38,388 nucleotides of DNA from a virus. Lineage: Duplodnaviria > Caudoviricetes. Of the stretch, positions 24,887 through 34,399 are shown piece after piece. Below the pieces are notes generated by a model. It worked only from the letters and a program-made list of their open reading frames with translations, was not told where the DNA came from and made no database searches. Positions within the stretch are counted from its first letter, which is position 1. Every line of letters starts with the position of its first letter. A program made the translations under genes and the position numbers. The stretch covers positions 1 through 38,388 of the IMG/VR virus record IMGVR_UViG_3300026962_000010; one strand, 5' to 3'.

Positions 24887-25233
24887 CAGTCAGTCACCAC
24901 CGTCAGGACCGTCACGCCACCGTCGTCGACGTAGGTATCCAGCAGGCGGTACGTCCGGCCGTTCGGCCCGTCCAGCAGCGCCGGGTAGCCTTCGCCGGAC
25001 CCAGCAGGGACGAGCGTGACGCCGTCGTCGACGACGCGGAGCTCCAGGTCGGTCTCGACCTCCGTCCCGTCGGTGTCCGTGGCGGTCTGAGGCATCCCGC
25101 GCGACTCCAACACAGCGGTGACGGTGCCGGTCTCACTGTAGGACGGCGTCGACCGGCCGCCGCCACCGCTGGCGTTGCGGACGGTGTACGCCTGCCCCTG
25201 GGACTGAATCATGCGGGCGATGGGGCCGTGCAT
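24886..25233 (-). CDS. Head-closure/stopper-like protein
   Basis: 115 aa beta-rich, GRTYRL near the C-terminus; synteny. Confidence 0.62.
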   Translation of the reverse strand: MHGPIARMIQSQGQAYTVRNASGGGGRSTPSYSETGTVTAVLESRGMPQTATDTDGTEVETDLELRVVDDGVTLVPAGSGEGYPALLDGPNGRTYRLLDTYVDDGGVTVLTVVTD

Positions 25234-25234
25234 C

Positions 25235-25609
25235 TCAGCTCACCTTCTGAATCCGAATCGAGGCAATCAGGTCGCCCGTGTCACGGACGTCCTTTCGGTC
25301 GGCGATGCGCTTCATCCGGTCCTGCACAGCGAGCGCCGCACAGCGGATGATGTTTTCCTCGGAACTGAGCGGGATGCCCTGGGACGCCGCGATGCGCCGA
25401 ACCTCGCTGGCCGTGTTTGCCTCGACCCGCTCCGCTGCGGGGCGAGCGTACGGCCGCGCCTCCATCTTGCTGGTCCCCTTCTCGTTGTAAATCGCGTACT
25501 CGACGGTCGGCCCAGCGATATAGGTGGTGTCACCGTCGAAATCCGCCGAGACGCCCTCGATGAGCTCGGTCGCGGCGTCGAAGCCAGTGATGGTCGTCCC
25601 CCAGCTCAT
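25235..25609 (-). CDS. HK97 gp10-like neck/tail-completion protein
   Basis: VEYAIYNEKGTSKMEARPY.RPA and DTGDLIASI motifs. Confidence 0.8.
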   Translation of the reverse strand: MSWGTTITGFDAATELIEGVSADFDGDTTYIAGPTVEYAIYNEKGTSKMEARPYARPAAERVEANTASEVRRIAASQGIPLSSEENIIRCAALAVQDRMKRIADRKDVRDTGDLIASIRIQKVS

Positions 25610-25998
25610 CAGTCTTCACCCGTCGTCGAGATGTTGCGGCCGTCGTCGCGGATGACGCGGCCGGAGTGGCCGAACTCGTCGCCAGGGTCGAGCCGGCGGA
25701 CGCGCTTCCGGAGGTTGCGAATCTCGCTGGTCTCGTAGGTCGTCGACGACCGGCCAGTCTGGACCGTCTCGGCGCGCCGGTCGAGACCCTCGGCGATGCG
25801 CAGCGCCGTCAGCACGGCCTCGAAGTCCTGGCGGTGCTGGGAGTCCTCGAACGTGGTGTCGGTGCCGTCGTACTCGCGGTCGATTTCGCGAGCGACCCGA
25901 GCGATGAGCCCGCCCTCGCCGTCGTCGCCCTGGATGTCACTGTCTCTCAGCTGTGTCTGAATCTCGACACGGACATCGTCGGCGCTGGCTTCGGGCAT
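25609..25998 (-). CDS. Head-tail adaptor-like protein
   Basis: 129 aa helical, after the capsid genes; synteny. Confidence 0.62.
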   Translation of the reverse strand: MPEASADDVRVEIQTQLRDSDIQGDDGEGGLIARVAREIDREYDGTDTTFEDSQHRQDFEAVLTALRIAEGLDRRAETVQTGRSSTTYETSEIRNLRKRVRRLDPGDEFGHSGRVIRDDGRNISTTGED

Positions 25999-26004
25999 GG
26001 TGCG

Positions 26005-26403
26005 TTACTCCTCCAGTTCGGCGAGGCGGTCGTCGAACACGTCCTCGGCGCCGCTCCGGTCCTCCTGCTCGGCTTCGAGATTCTTGAGCGCCCGGACCGC
26101 TGCGGGGTCCTCGATGTCCGCGACCTCGGTCTCGAGGTCGTCGATGGTGTAGTCCTCCGGGTTCAGCGGGAGCGTCCCGCTCTCGCCGTCGAGGTCCTCG
26201 ACGTCGACGTCGTCGCTGTCCGCAGCGTCGGGCGGTCCGTGCCCGCCGCGCTCGATGTGGCGGTGCATGGTGAGGAGCATCTGCCCGCGCTGGTCGTCGA
26301 CCTCGGCGTAGCCGTCCTCGTCGAACGCCAGCGGCGAGTCGTCGCCGAGCACCTGGCTGTTGTGGAGTTCGGTCGCCTCGCCGGACTCGTGTCTGAGCCA
26401 CAT
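26005..26403 (-). CDS. Hypothetical virion-module protein
   Basis: 132 aa; C-terminal P.DYTIDDL...E...EDR small helical domain. Confidence 0.7.
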   Translation of the reverse strand: MWLRHESGEATELHNSQVLGDDSPLAFDEDGYAEVDDQRGQMLLTMHRHIERGGHGPPDAADSDDVDVEDLDGESGTLPLNPEDYTIDDLETEVADIEDPAAVRALKNLEAEQEDRSGAEDVFDDRLAELEE

Positions 26404-26408
26404 GGCGA

Positions 26409-27275
26409 TTAGGTGTCGATGGCGATGTTGGCCGACGGCTGCGTGGCGGCGAAGCCGACACGCTCGTCGATCTGCCAGACGGTGCTCTCGATCTCCTCCT
26501 TGTAGTAGCTGGAGACATCCAGTGCGCGGCGGGTGGACTCCCAGCCGAAGCTGGTCGGGTCGACGAGGTAGGCCTCGCCCTCGTCGTAGTTGCCGGTGTT
26601 GTCGAGGAAGACCGGCACGTCGCCGGCGACGCCGAGGAACGCCTGCTGGCCGACCATGTTCCCCTGGGGCAGAATCCCCTGCTGGAGGACCTGGTCGCCG
26701 AGTTCGGACGCCTGCGTGAACTTGTCCATGTTCAGCAGGGCGTTCATGTTCTGGCCGCCGGTGAGCAGCCGCAGCTCGCCCATGTCGAGTTCGTCCTGGA
26801 AGGCCTGCTGGCGAGCGAGCGTGATGTCCTCGTACTCGATGACGCCGCTGGACTCGTTGCCGGCGTCGATGGGGCCGGCGCTGTTGGTGTTGTTCGAGAG
26901 GATGTTGTAGGCGATGCCGTCGACACGCGTCTCCTCGGCCCGGACCAGGTCCTCCTCCTGATCCATCGTGATGTCGATGACGTTGTCCTCGACGTCCTCG
27001 TCCGGGATGACGATTTCCAGCCCGTACTTCGTGTGGGCCACCTGGACGGTGTCGTAGTCCTTCGTCGCTCGCGGGAACTCACTGCCGGGCGGGACCTCGG
27101 CGACGTCGCCGTCGAAGTCGCCGTCGGAGACGGGAAACTCCACCGCGTTGGAGTCGTTGTTGGTCGCGTCGTAGTCGCGGAACGCCGTCCGCGACTGGTA
27201 CTTCTTGTTGCGGATCTTTTCGACGACCGCACGCACGTCGTCGTCGCTGATGATGTCGGATGCAGTCTGAGCCAT
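26409..27275 (-). CDS. Major capsid protein (HK97 fold)
   Basis: 288 aa; AEVPPGSEFP, KYGLEIVI.DE, GVAGDVPVF, ERVGFAATQPSA..AI; synteny. Confidence 0.88.
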   Translation of the reverse strand: MAQTASDIISDDDVRAVVEKIRNKKYQSRTAFRDYDATNNDSNAVEFPVSDGDFDGDVAEVPPGSEFPRATKDYDTVQVAHTKYGLEIVIPDEDVEDNVIDITMDQEEDLVRAEETRVDGIAYNILSNNTNSAGPIDAGNESSGVIEYEDITLARQQAFQDELDMGELRLLTGGQNMNALLNMDKFTQASELGDQVLQQGILPQGNMVGQQAFLGVAGDVPVFLDNTGNYDEGEAYLVDPTSFGWESTRRALDVSSYYKEEIESTVWQIDERVGFAATQPSANIAIDT

Positions 27276-27307
27276 GTTGAATCAGTTGAAGTGGTTGTTG
27301 TCAGTCG

Positions 27308-27694
27308 TCAGAGCAGGACCCACGCGTAGCCGGCCGGGGCGTCCTGACCGCGCCAGGAGCCGCCGGCGTCCGAGAGTGCGTGGGCAGGCCCCCCAGCACT
27401 CGTTTCGAGCTCGCCGTCGGCGCCGGTCGTCCCGAGGTCGAGGTCGTCGCCCTCGGTCACCGAGGCTTCGACGGCCGCGATGGTGGGGCCGCCGACGACG
27501 ACCGGCGCGATGCCGCTCGCTTCGGTCGCTCGGCCGCGGGCACGGACGCCGAGCAGGTTCTCGGTGTCGGTGCCGGGTTCGACCTCACCGCCAGTGATGC
27601 CGACAGCGTCGCCGGCTGCGGTGGTGTCGCTCGCATCGGAGTAGCCGATGGTCGTGGTGCTGTCGCCGCCGTTCTGTCCGGGTTCTCCAGTCAT
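27308..27694 (-). CDS. Capsid decoration/cement protein
   Basis: 128 aa G/A/T-rich (AGDAV, LLGV, V.EGD.L); immediately upstream of the MCP. Confidence 0.68.
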   Translation of the reverse strand: MTGEPGQNGGDSTTTIGYSDASDTTAAGDAVGITGGEVEPGTDTENLLGVRARGRATEASGIAPVVVGGPTIAAVEASVTEGDDLDLGTTGADGELETSAGGPAHALSDAGGSWRGQDAPAGYAWVLL

Positions 27695-27697
27695 CGC

Positions 27698-28963
27698 TTA
27701 GAGCACCTCCAGGGCCGCGTCGTAGTCGTCCGCGTCGGCCAGGTCCGCAGCCTCTTCGCGCAGTGCCTCGACGCGGGAGTCCGGCAGCGCGTTGCCGAGT
27801 GACGAAAGCTTCTGGTCGATCTCCTCGATGCGCTCGCGGTCCTCGTCGGTCGGACCGCCGTCGCCGCCCCCGCCAGTCGGGCCAGAGCCGGTCTCCGGCG
27901 TCTGGGTGAGCGCCTCGACGTCGAGGTCGCCGTCGTCGGTCTCGAACTCCGCAGCCATCGCGTCGAAACTCATCGCCTCGACGGTGGCTTCGCGAAGACC
28001 CTTCTCGTCGGTCAGTGCCTCCGCCATCATGTCCTCGACGACGTCGACGCGCTCGCGCATCGCCTCCGCCGTCTCGGCGTCCATCACCTCGGGCTCATCG
28101 ACCTCGGCGGCCTCCTCGATGAGCTCCTCGTGTTCGTCGATCTCTGCCTCCAGTTCGGAGAGCCGGTCGGGGAGGTCGGACTCGACGACCGTCGGGTCGT
28201 CCTTCTGCCGAGCCGCCGCGACCAGCTCCTTCTCCTTGTCAGTCAGGTCCATGTTCAGTGTGGAATCGTTGGTGCCCCGGCTGCTCTGACCCTCGCTGCC
28301 GTCTGGGCCGTCATCACCGCCCGGGTAGTCATTTGCCAGTGCGTCGACGGTGGCGCCGAACTGCGCCGACAGCGCCTCCGCCATCTCGCCGTCGATCGCC
28401 GGCGACTCGCCGACGGTGATCTGGTTGGAGGGCACGGCGCCATCGGCGACGAGCGCAACGTCGCGAGCGCCCTGGACGTCCGTCACGTCGTACAGTGCGT
28501 CGGAGTCACCCTCCTCGCCATCGACGTGTTCGACCTCACGCATCACGACCGGCGAGATCTGGGCGAGGCCCGTCTCGACGGCGTCCTCGGCCTCCCAGTC
28601 GGCGACGAACCCCTCGAAGAGGAGGCCGACGTCCTCGTCGAACGCCGTGGCCGTGACCTCGCCGACCTTCTCGTCCATCGTGACGGCGCCAGTCAGTCGC
28701 GGGCCGTCATCGGTCAGCTCGACGCCGACGTGTTGCTCGGGGTCGAGCGAGTCGGCGAGCGTCAGCGGCTTACCCTCGAAGATGCCGTCCTCGGCCATCG
28801 CTTCGAGGACGTCAGCCGGCCAGCGCGTTCGCTTGCCGGAGAGTCCGCTCGTGACGTCATCGACGCCGAACAACACGCCGTGGACTGGCAGTTGGTTATC
28901 GTCCGGTTCGCCTGCGACGGCGGCCACCGCGGCCCCGTCGCTCAGGAGGTCGAGTGTGCTCAT
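27698..28963 (-). CDS. Prohead protease/scaffold protein
   Basis: N-terminal protease-like part (GKPL...H, ISP, DVALVADGA.PS) plus acidic coiled-coil C-terminus; synteny. Confidence 0.72.
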   Translation of the reverse strand: MSTLDLLSDGAAVAAVAGEPDDNQLPVHGVLFGVDDVTSGLSGKRTRWPADVLEAMAEDGIFEGKPLTLADSLDPEQHVGVELTDDGPRLTGAVTMDEKVGEVTATAFDEDVGLLFEGFVADWEAEDAVETGLAQISPVVMREVEHVDGEEGDSDALYDVTDVQGARDVALVADGAVPSNQITVGESPAIDGEMAEALSAQFGATVDALANDYPGGDDGPDGSEGQSSRGTNDSTLNMDLTDKEKELVAAARQKDDPTVVESDLPDRLSELEAEIDEHEELIEEAAEVDEPEVMDAETAEAMRERVDVVEDMMAEALTDEKGLREATVEAMSFDAMAAEFETDDGDLDVEALTQTPETGSGPTGGGGDGGPTDEDRERIEEIDQKLSSLGNALPDSRVEALREEAADLADADDYDAALEVL

Positions 28964-28982
28964 GATCTCTGTATCAAAACGA

Positions 28983-29017
28983 CCGGGTCTGGGCCTCGGC
29001 CCCGGTGAGCGTCATCG
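28983..29017 (-). promoter_or_regulatory. Late-gene intergenic motif, copy B
   Basis: ccgggtctgggcctcggccccggtgagcgtcatcg, matches 17895-17929. Confidence 0.7.
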
Positions 29018-29025
29018 GTGGTCGA

Positions 29026-29910
29026 TCACTCGCCAGTCCAGACGGTGTGGCTGCACCGGCAGTTCGGGTGCTGCGGGAGGTTGCCGTAGGCCTTCGCCGC
29101 CTCGTAGGGCGCGCCGGCGGCGTAGGACTGACACTGGGGGCAGGCATCGACCGCGGTCAGGACGTCGACCTTCGTGACGCCAGCGCGCTCCCACTCCTGG
29201 AGTCGCCCCCAGTTGTGGGAGTTCATCAGCTCCGTCCGCGCAACCATCGTCGCGCGGTTCATCGCCGCTCGCGGCGTGCCGTCCTCCACTCGGCCGATGA
29301 TGTCGGTGAGGTCGCTGGCGATCTCCCGCGGCCCGTCACCGCTGGCGAGGCCGTTGGTGAGCTCCCGGCGGATGTCGCGGGCGACGTCGTCGGTCAACCC
29401 GCGGAGTTCCTCGAGGTTGCGGGAGAACAGATGCTCGAGTTGCTCCTGATGGACGGGCAGCCGGATGGCCGCGCCCGCCGAGGCCTCGCCGCCGATGGCG
29501 TTCAGCGCCCCCAGTTCGCGTTGCGCATCTTCGACGCCTTTCCGGTAGGCCGTCTCGATGAACTGGTTCTCGCTGCCGTACTCCGAGAGGACATCCGCCT
29601 CCAATTGCGACCGGAGCCAGCGCTCGAAGGCGTCGACTTTGTCCGCGTCGGTCGTGAACTCGAACTGACGCCTTGTGGGTGCGTCAGCCAGCGCCTCGGT
29701 CTGCAGGCCGAGGGCGTCGTTCTCGACGATCCCCTCGCGGATGGCTGCCCGAATCGTCGCTAGCCGGCCGCGGAGCCGCTGGGCGTAGCGCTTGCGGATG
29801 GACTTGACGCGCGCCGGTTCGTCGCGGTCGCGGGCCCGCTCGACGAGCCGCTCGTGGGCGGCTGTCTGGGACGGGACGTCGGCGCCGCCGGCGGTGGCAG
29901 TCGCACTCAT
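29026..29910 (-). CDS. Head morphogenesis protein (SPP1 gp7/MuF family)
   Basis: RATMVARTE, CPQC, PQHPNCRC. Confidence 0.92.
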   Translation of the reverse strand: MSATATAGGADVPSQTAAHERLVERARDRDEPARVKSIRKRYAQRLRGRLATIRAAIREGIVENDALGLQTEALADAPTRRQFEFTTDADKVDAFERWLRSQLEADVLSEYGSENQFIETAYRKGVEDAQRELGALNAIGGEASAGAAIRLPVHQEQLEHLFSRNLEELRGLTDDVARDIRRELTNGLASGDGPREIASDLTDIIGRVEDGTPRAAMNRATMVARTELMNSHNWGRLQEWERAGVTKVDVLTAVDACPQCQSYAAGAPYEAAKAYGNLPQHPNCRCSHTVWTGE

Positions 29911-30290
29911 CGGTGGTTGCCCCTCCGGAGCGCCTGCTCGTGCGCCTCGAACTGTGCCTCGCGGTCCAGGGCGGATGAGATGTCGGCGTTGATGTCGGTC
30001 GCCCCGCCAGTCATCCGGTTGACTGCCTGGGCCTGCGCCGCCGTCGGGATCGCCGTGTTACCCCGGAGGTTGCCACACACGACCTGGGTGCCGCCGCCGT
30101 TGAGGCACGCGACGGCCAGCATCCCCGGCGGGATGTCGTCACCAGGGTCGCCGGACGGGTCGACTGGGCGGATCCAGAACCGATGCCCGCACCCGTCGCA
30201 CGTCGTGAGGACGTCCACCGGCGGGAGGTCCTCGCGGACAACGCTGTCGCACTCAGGACACTCAACGGGGAGAGTCTCGTAGTCAGTCAT
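29907..30290 (-). CDS. Zn-ribbon protein inserted between portal and gp7
   Basis: CPECD...CDGCGHRF; coupled overlaps on both sides. Confidence 0.65.
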   Translation of the reverse strand: MTDYETLPVECPECDSVVREDLPPVDVLTTCDGCGHRFWIRPVDPSGDPGDDIPPGMLAVACLNGGGTQVVCGNLRGNTAIPTAAQAQAVNRMTGGATDINADISSALDREAQFEAHEQALRRGNHR

Positions 30291-31807
30291 CAGTCGTCAG
30301 CCTCCGCGGGGCCTGCTGCCTCTTGGACTGTGCCGGCGAGGCCCTCGGCCGCCTCATCGACGTCGATCTCGCCGTCGACGAAGACGTCCTCGGGCAGGTC
30401 CATCGTCGTCGTGAGGAACGCCTCCAGGTCGAGGACTGCGTCGACGGGGACGGCGTCGCCAAGTCCCGAGTTGAGTGCCGCCATGAACGTCTCCATCTTC
30501 TCGATTTCCCCGTCATCCAGCGACGCGATCGGGTTGTCGCTCTCCTCGGGTGCGAGTTTGAGCTTGACTCCCGACGAGTCGAGCTCGGGGTGACGCTCGG
30601 CGACCTCGCGGAACGCCTGCGTCCAGTCACGCTCGACCGACTCGCGCTCCTCTTCGATCGTGTCCTGGTAGGCGTTTTCCTGCCGATCCGAGACGTGATT
30701 CGCGATCGACTCGCCGAACGCAGTTGCGTACTTCGGCGTCGGCAGCGGCGCGAGGATGTCCGAGACGTAGTGGCCCAGTTCGTCGTTGAGGTCCGGGACT
30801 GTCGGCTCCCACTGGTCGAGTTCGATCGACCCGTCGTGGCCGATGATGTCGCCCGGGCCCATCCCCTCGACATCGTTGACCCAGTCGTCCTGCTCGTCGC
30901 TGTCCCACTCCTCGAGGATGACCTCGTCTGGGAGCTCAGTCTTCTCGGTGTTGAACTGCGCCGACCAGACGCCGTACGCCTTGGTCTTGATGGCTCGGGC
31001 TCGATCCCGCTTGATCTCGCGATACTCCTCGAGGTCGTCGGCGACTGACTTCAGGATGGGCGTCCCAAAGATGCCCTCCTCAGTCGCCTCGTCGCCGCCG
31101 ATGTCGGGGTCGAGCGTCCGCTTCAGGACGTCGTTCTGGGAGAGGTAGATCTCGTCCTCGTCCATCCCGCCCTGGCGCCGGCCGACGATCGACTGGTCGT
31201 CGAATTGGACGTATGCGGCCGCTTCCTCTCGTGGCGTAACCTCGTCCTCCTCGGCAGTCTCGGTGTCGTCGGGTTCGAGCAGGATATTCGTGTTGGCGTA
31301 GGTCCGCGCCGACACCGTCTCCGGGCGGATGTGCTTGAAGCCCGTGATCGGGCCGTCGGGGTCGTCCTTGCTGTCCTCGGCCTTGAGGTACTCGTTGAGT
31401 GTCGTCCCCTTGGTCCAGCGCTGGGCGATGTCGACTTTTAGATACGGGTAGAACGGCTGGCGCTTCTCGCCGCCGATGACCGCACAGTTCTGGATGAACC
31501 CGCCTCGTGGTGCGAACTCAGGGACATCCTCGCCACCCATGAAGTACGCCTGCGTGGTGTCGTCGTCGGCCTCGATGCGGACCCCGGGCTTGACGACGTC
31601 GCGGACGAACTGGTTAACGTTCGCCCGGACGATCCCTACGCTGCGGTAGTACTCGTGGTACTCGTCGATGTCGTCGGGCGGGTTGATGTCGTCGACGTCG
31701 CCACTCTCGATGTGGATGCGGGAGTTCTTCGTGACTGTCTCAACGGTCTGGCTGATACGTTCGGCGAGCGCTTCGACGCGGCCGCGGATGGGGGTTCGTG
31801 AGGACAT
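30290..31807 (-). CDS. Portal protein
   Basis: 505 aa directly after TerL; HIRPETV, GIFGTPIL motifs. Confidence 0.85.
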   Translation of the reverse strand: MSSRTPIRGRVEALAERISQTVETVTKNSRIHIESGDVDDINPPDDIDEYHEYYRSVGIVRANVNQFVRDVVKPGVRIEADDDTTQAYFMGGEDVPEFAPRGGFIQNCAVIGGEKRQPFYPYLKVDIAQRWTKGTTLNEYLKAEDSKDDPDGPITGFKHIRPETVSARTYANTNILLEPDDTETAEEDEVTPREEAAAYVQFDDQSIVGRRQGGMDEDEIYLSQNDVLKRTLDPDIGGDEATEEGIFGTPILKSVADDLEEYREIKRDRARAIKTKAYGVWSAQFNTEKTELPDEVILEEWDSDEQDDWVNDVEGMGPGDIIGHDGSIELDQWEPTVPDLNDELGHYVSDILAPLPTPKYATAFGESIANHVSDRQENAYQDTIEEERESVERDWTQAFREVAERHPELDSSGVKLKLAPEESDNPIASLDDGEIEKMETFMAALNSGLGDAVPVDAVLDLEAFLTTTMDLPEDVFVDGEIDVDEAAEGLAGTVQEAAGPAEADD

Positions 31808-31809
31808 GG

Positions 31810-33267
31810 TTATCTGATGTTGCCTTTGGTGGGCGAGTTCCCGGAGCGCCGGCGGACGGACTTCCCGACGCCGTCCAGCCGGTCGCCGTGTCCGTGCCGC
31901 GCCCAGTTCGCAAACGCCATTCCGTCCGGCCAGTCGTCGTGGCCGCCAGCCGGCGCTTCGTACTTCGCCTTCCCCGTCGGCGTGAACGACTTCTCGAGTT
32001 TTGTCGTCTGCCGGATGAGCTTCCGGTGGTTCGGCAGCGCTAGCTCGTCGTCCTCGAGGTCGGCAATCAGCCGCTGGTAGATGTTCTGCTTCGTCTTGTT
32101 CGAGCTGGTGACGACGCGGATGACGGAGCCGAGCCCGGCTTCGGCGAAGTCCGCTGCGAACCCGCCGACGCCGTTCTCCTCGATGAGGATCGTCTCGTAC
32201 CCCGAGGACGGCGTCGCGCCGCTCCCCGTCGCCGGCGACGGCGTCGACGCCCAGTGCTCGAGGTCGGGTTTGCCCTGGTGAAGGATTTCGAGCAGTTCGA
32301 CGAACCGCGGACCGCCCATCGTCTCGAACGCCCAGATGTTCCAGTACGTCCCGGCGGCGTCGATGTCGAAGACGACCATCTCGTCGCTGCCGCCACGCGC
32401 CGGGTCGATGCCGAGGTACCGGCCGCGCCCCGGCTGCCGGTCGACGTCGGGTCGGATGTTCGGCTTCAGCGTCTCGTGCGGGATCGCGGAGTTGCCGTCT
32501 TCGGCGAACTCACCCTCGTACTCTTGGGCGAACGTCTCCGAGTCCAGCTTCTTGCGCTGCTTCTCGATGTAGGACTCCTGGGCGTACGGGCTGATGCGCG
32601 TCGGCCAGTGTGGGCTGTACCAGTCGTCGTCCTGCGTGACTTTCCGGTAGTAGTACCCGGATTTGCCAGCGGGCGTCGAGAAGAGGCAGTACTCGAACAC
32701 CGGATGGGTGATGAAGAACTGCTCAATCTCTTCCTCGTAGACGACGTCCTTCTCGTAGGCGGCCTCGTCGACGATGACGCACGTCGGGCTCTTCCCGCGG
32801 TTCCCCGGCTGGTCCTCTTGGCCGACGTTCCCCAGCGTTCGCGAGAGCAGCCGGGTGCCGCTGGAGAACTTCCACGTCTGCTCGTTATCCTTGACGACGC
32901 CGTACTGCTCGAGGGAGAGTGGCCCGTCGCGGAAGCGCTGTTTCGCTTCCTCGAACATCTCGTCGGCAGTCTCCTGAGCAGGCGCCGTGAAGAGCACGTC
33001 AGTCGGTTCGCCGACGAGCTGGGGCGCCCAGAGGGCGTGGTCGGCGCCGATGGTGCCCGCAGTCATCGTCGCCCCGACCTGTCGGCCTTTCTGCGGGGCG
33101 GCGTGGGCGGCGTCCTCCTGTTCGAGGTAGTCGAGGAGCTCTGCCTGGTAGTCCGTCGGTGTCCAGTCGAAGAGAATCTCGACACGCTCGGACCGCGGGA
33201 GGCCGACGCACTTCTGGTAGAGCTGACGGAGCGGCGACTCCGAGTTCGAGGTAGGCTTCGTGCTCAT
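31810..33267 (-). CDS. terL: Terminase large subunit
   Basis: TDYQ Q-motif, KGRQVGAT deviant Walker A, VIVDEAA Walker B, STP coupling motif, GIDPA and HDDWPD nuclease motifs; start ATG 33267. Confidence 0.95.
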   Translation of the reverse strand: MSTKPTSNSESPLRQLYQKCVGLPRSERVEILFDWTPTDYQAELLDYLEQEDAAHAAPQKGRQVGATMTAGTIGADHALWAPQLVGEPTDVLFTAPAQETADEMFEEAKQRFRDGPLSLEQYGVVKDNEQTWKFSSGTRLLSRTLGNVGQEDQPGNRGKSPTCVIVDEAAYEKDVVYEEEIEQFFITHPVFEYCLFSTPAGKSGYYYRKVTQDDDWYSPHWPTRISPYAQESYIEKQRKKLDSETFAQEYEGEFAEDGNSAIPHETLKPNIRPDVDRQPGRGRYLGIDPARGGSDEMVVFDIDAAGTYWNIWAFETMGGPRFVELLEILHQGKPDLEHWASTPSPATGSGATPSSGYETILIEENGVGGFAADFAEAGLGSVIRVVTSSNKTKQNIYQRLIADLEDDELALPNHRKLIRQTTKLEKSFTPTGKAKYEAPAGGHDDWPDGMAFANWARHGHGDRLDGVGKSVRRRSGNSPTKGNIR

Positions 33268-33983
33268 GATTCGTCCTCGATGATGCTCGCGAGGTCGCCG
33301 AAGGCGTCCGCCTTCTGGGATTCGGGGTCCTCGAGCAGGCCGAGGTCCTTTAGCCACTGCCGACGATCCGTCGAGAGTCGCTTCTGTGCCGACGCCACCA
33401 CCGACTCACGGTACTTGTGCTGGTCGATGAGGCGCGGGAGCCCGTCCCGGTCGGTGACGGACTTCTTCGTCGTCTCCTTGTCGACGAGCGGATGCCCGGA
33501 TTTGAGCTCCTCGGGCTTCTCGTTCGCCCACCGATCGAGGCCGATGTCCTTCGCGTGTGTCACTGCGACGCGGAACAGCTCGGACTCGATTCCCAACGGC
33601 GGCTCGCCGTGGCGCTCCCGGTACTCCTCGATGTAGTCCGCGAAGACGTCGTCGACGAACTGGCGGAGGTCGTCGTCGAGGACGTCCTGGTAGTAGGAGT
33701 TCGCGTCGGCGTAGGCGCCGTGGGTGACGGCGTTGGTGTTGTCCTCGGGCGCGCCAGCGTTCTCGCGCTCGCCGCCCGAGCCGCCGGCGCCGCCGTGTTT
33801 GCTGCACCGCCCCTCGCCGACGTGGTCGGTTCCCTTCCCCGGCCAGGCGCCGCAGTAGCCGGCGAACAGCTTCTCGCCGTCCTGCTTCTCCCACCGGCGA
33901 CCCATGCAGGACTCGTCGGTCGGGTCCTGCTGCGGGACTTGGTCGAGCGGCTTGCCGACCAACTCTTCTTCGTTGACGTTCAT
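33264..33983 (-). CDS. terS: Terminase small subunit
   Basis: GRCSKHGG, GAPEDNTNAVTHG motifs; coupled upstream of TerL. Confidence 0.8.
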   Translation of the reverse strand: MNVNEEELVGKPLDQVPQQDPTDESCMGRRWEKQDGEKLFAGYCGAWPGKGTDHVGEGRCSKHGGAGGSGGERENAGAPEDNTNAVTHGAYADANSYYQDVLDDDLRQFVDDVFADYIEEYRERHGEPPLGIESELFRVAVTHAKDIGLDRWANEKPEELKSGHPLVDKETTKKSVTDRDGLPRLIDQHKYRESVVASAQKRLSTDRRQWLKDLGLLEDPESQKADAFGDLASIIEDES

Positions 33984-33997
33984 GGGGTCGATTGTTT

Positions 33998-34399
33998 TCA
34001 GGAGTCGAGGCCGAGCGCCGCGAGCGCGGTCTGCGTGCGGTTCGACGGCGTGTAGCCAGTGATGAACGCGCGGCGCGTCGCGGCGGACCAGGGGACGTCG
34101 TCGCCGCCCTCGGTGTCGGGTAGCGAGAGGTCGACGACGGCATCATCGTCGGCGCGACGGAGGAACCAGTGCGCACCGTCGTACGCCGGATCGACGTCCG
34201 CCCAGTCGAGTCGGTAGACGTCGTACGCGCCGACGCCGCCCGTCGCGTGGAAGTACGTCTCGGCCAGCAGGTAGCACGCGCCCTGAACGGGATCGACGTC
34301 GTCGTAGTCGTACTCGTCTTTTCGGACGTCCGGGTTCTCGCGGACGTACTTGCGGAGCTGTGCCGCGATGTCGTCCGGCTCGACGAGGACTTCAGCCAT
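33998..34399 (-). CDS. Putative Cys-His-Asp (transglutaminase/papain-like) enzyme
   Basis: GACYLLAE...AHWFL...VVDLS spacing. Confidence 0.55.
   Translation of the reverse strand: MAEVLVEPDDIAAQLRKYVRENPDVRKDEYDYDDVDPVQGACYLLAETYFHATGGVGAYDVYRLDWADVDPAYDGAHWFLRRADDDAVVDLSLPDTEGGDDVPWSAATRRAFITGYTPSNRTQTALAALGLDS

Noticed and set aside
31810-33357. TerL as a pseudogene, or with the longer 33357 start
   Set aside because: The Walker A variant matches a known deviant class and all other motifs are intact; the extension overlaps terS and is R/P-rich
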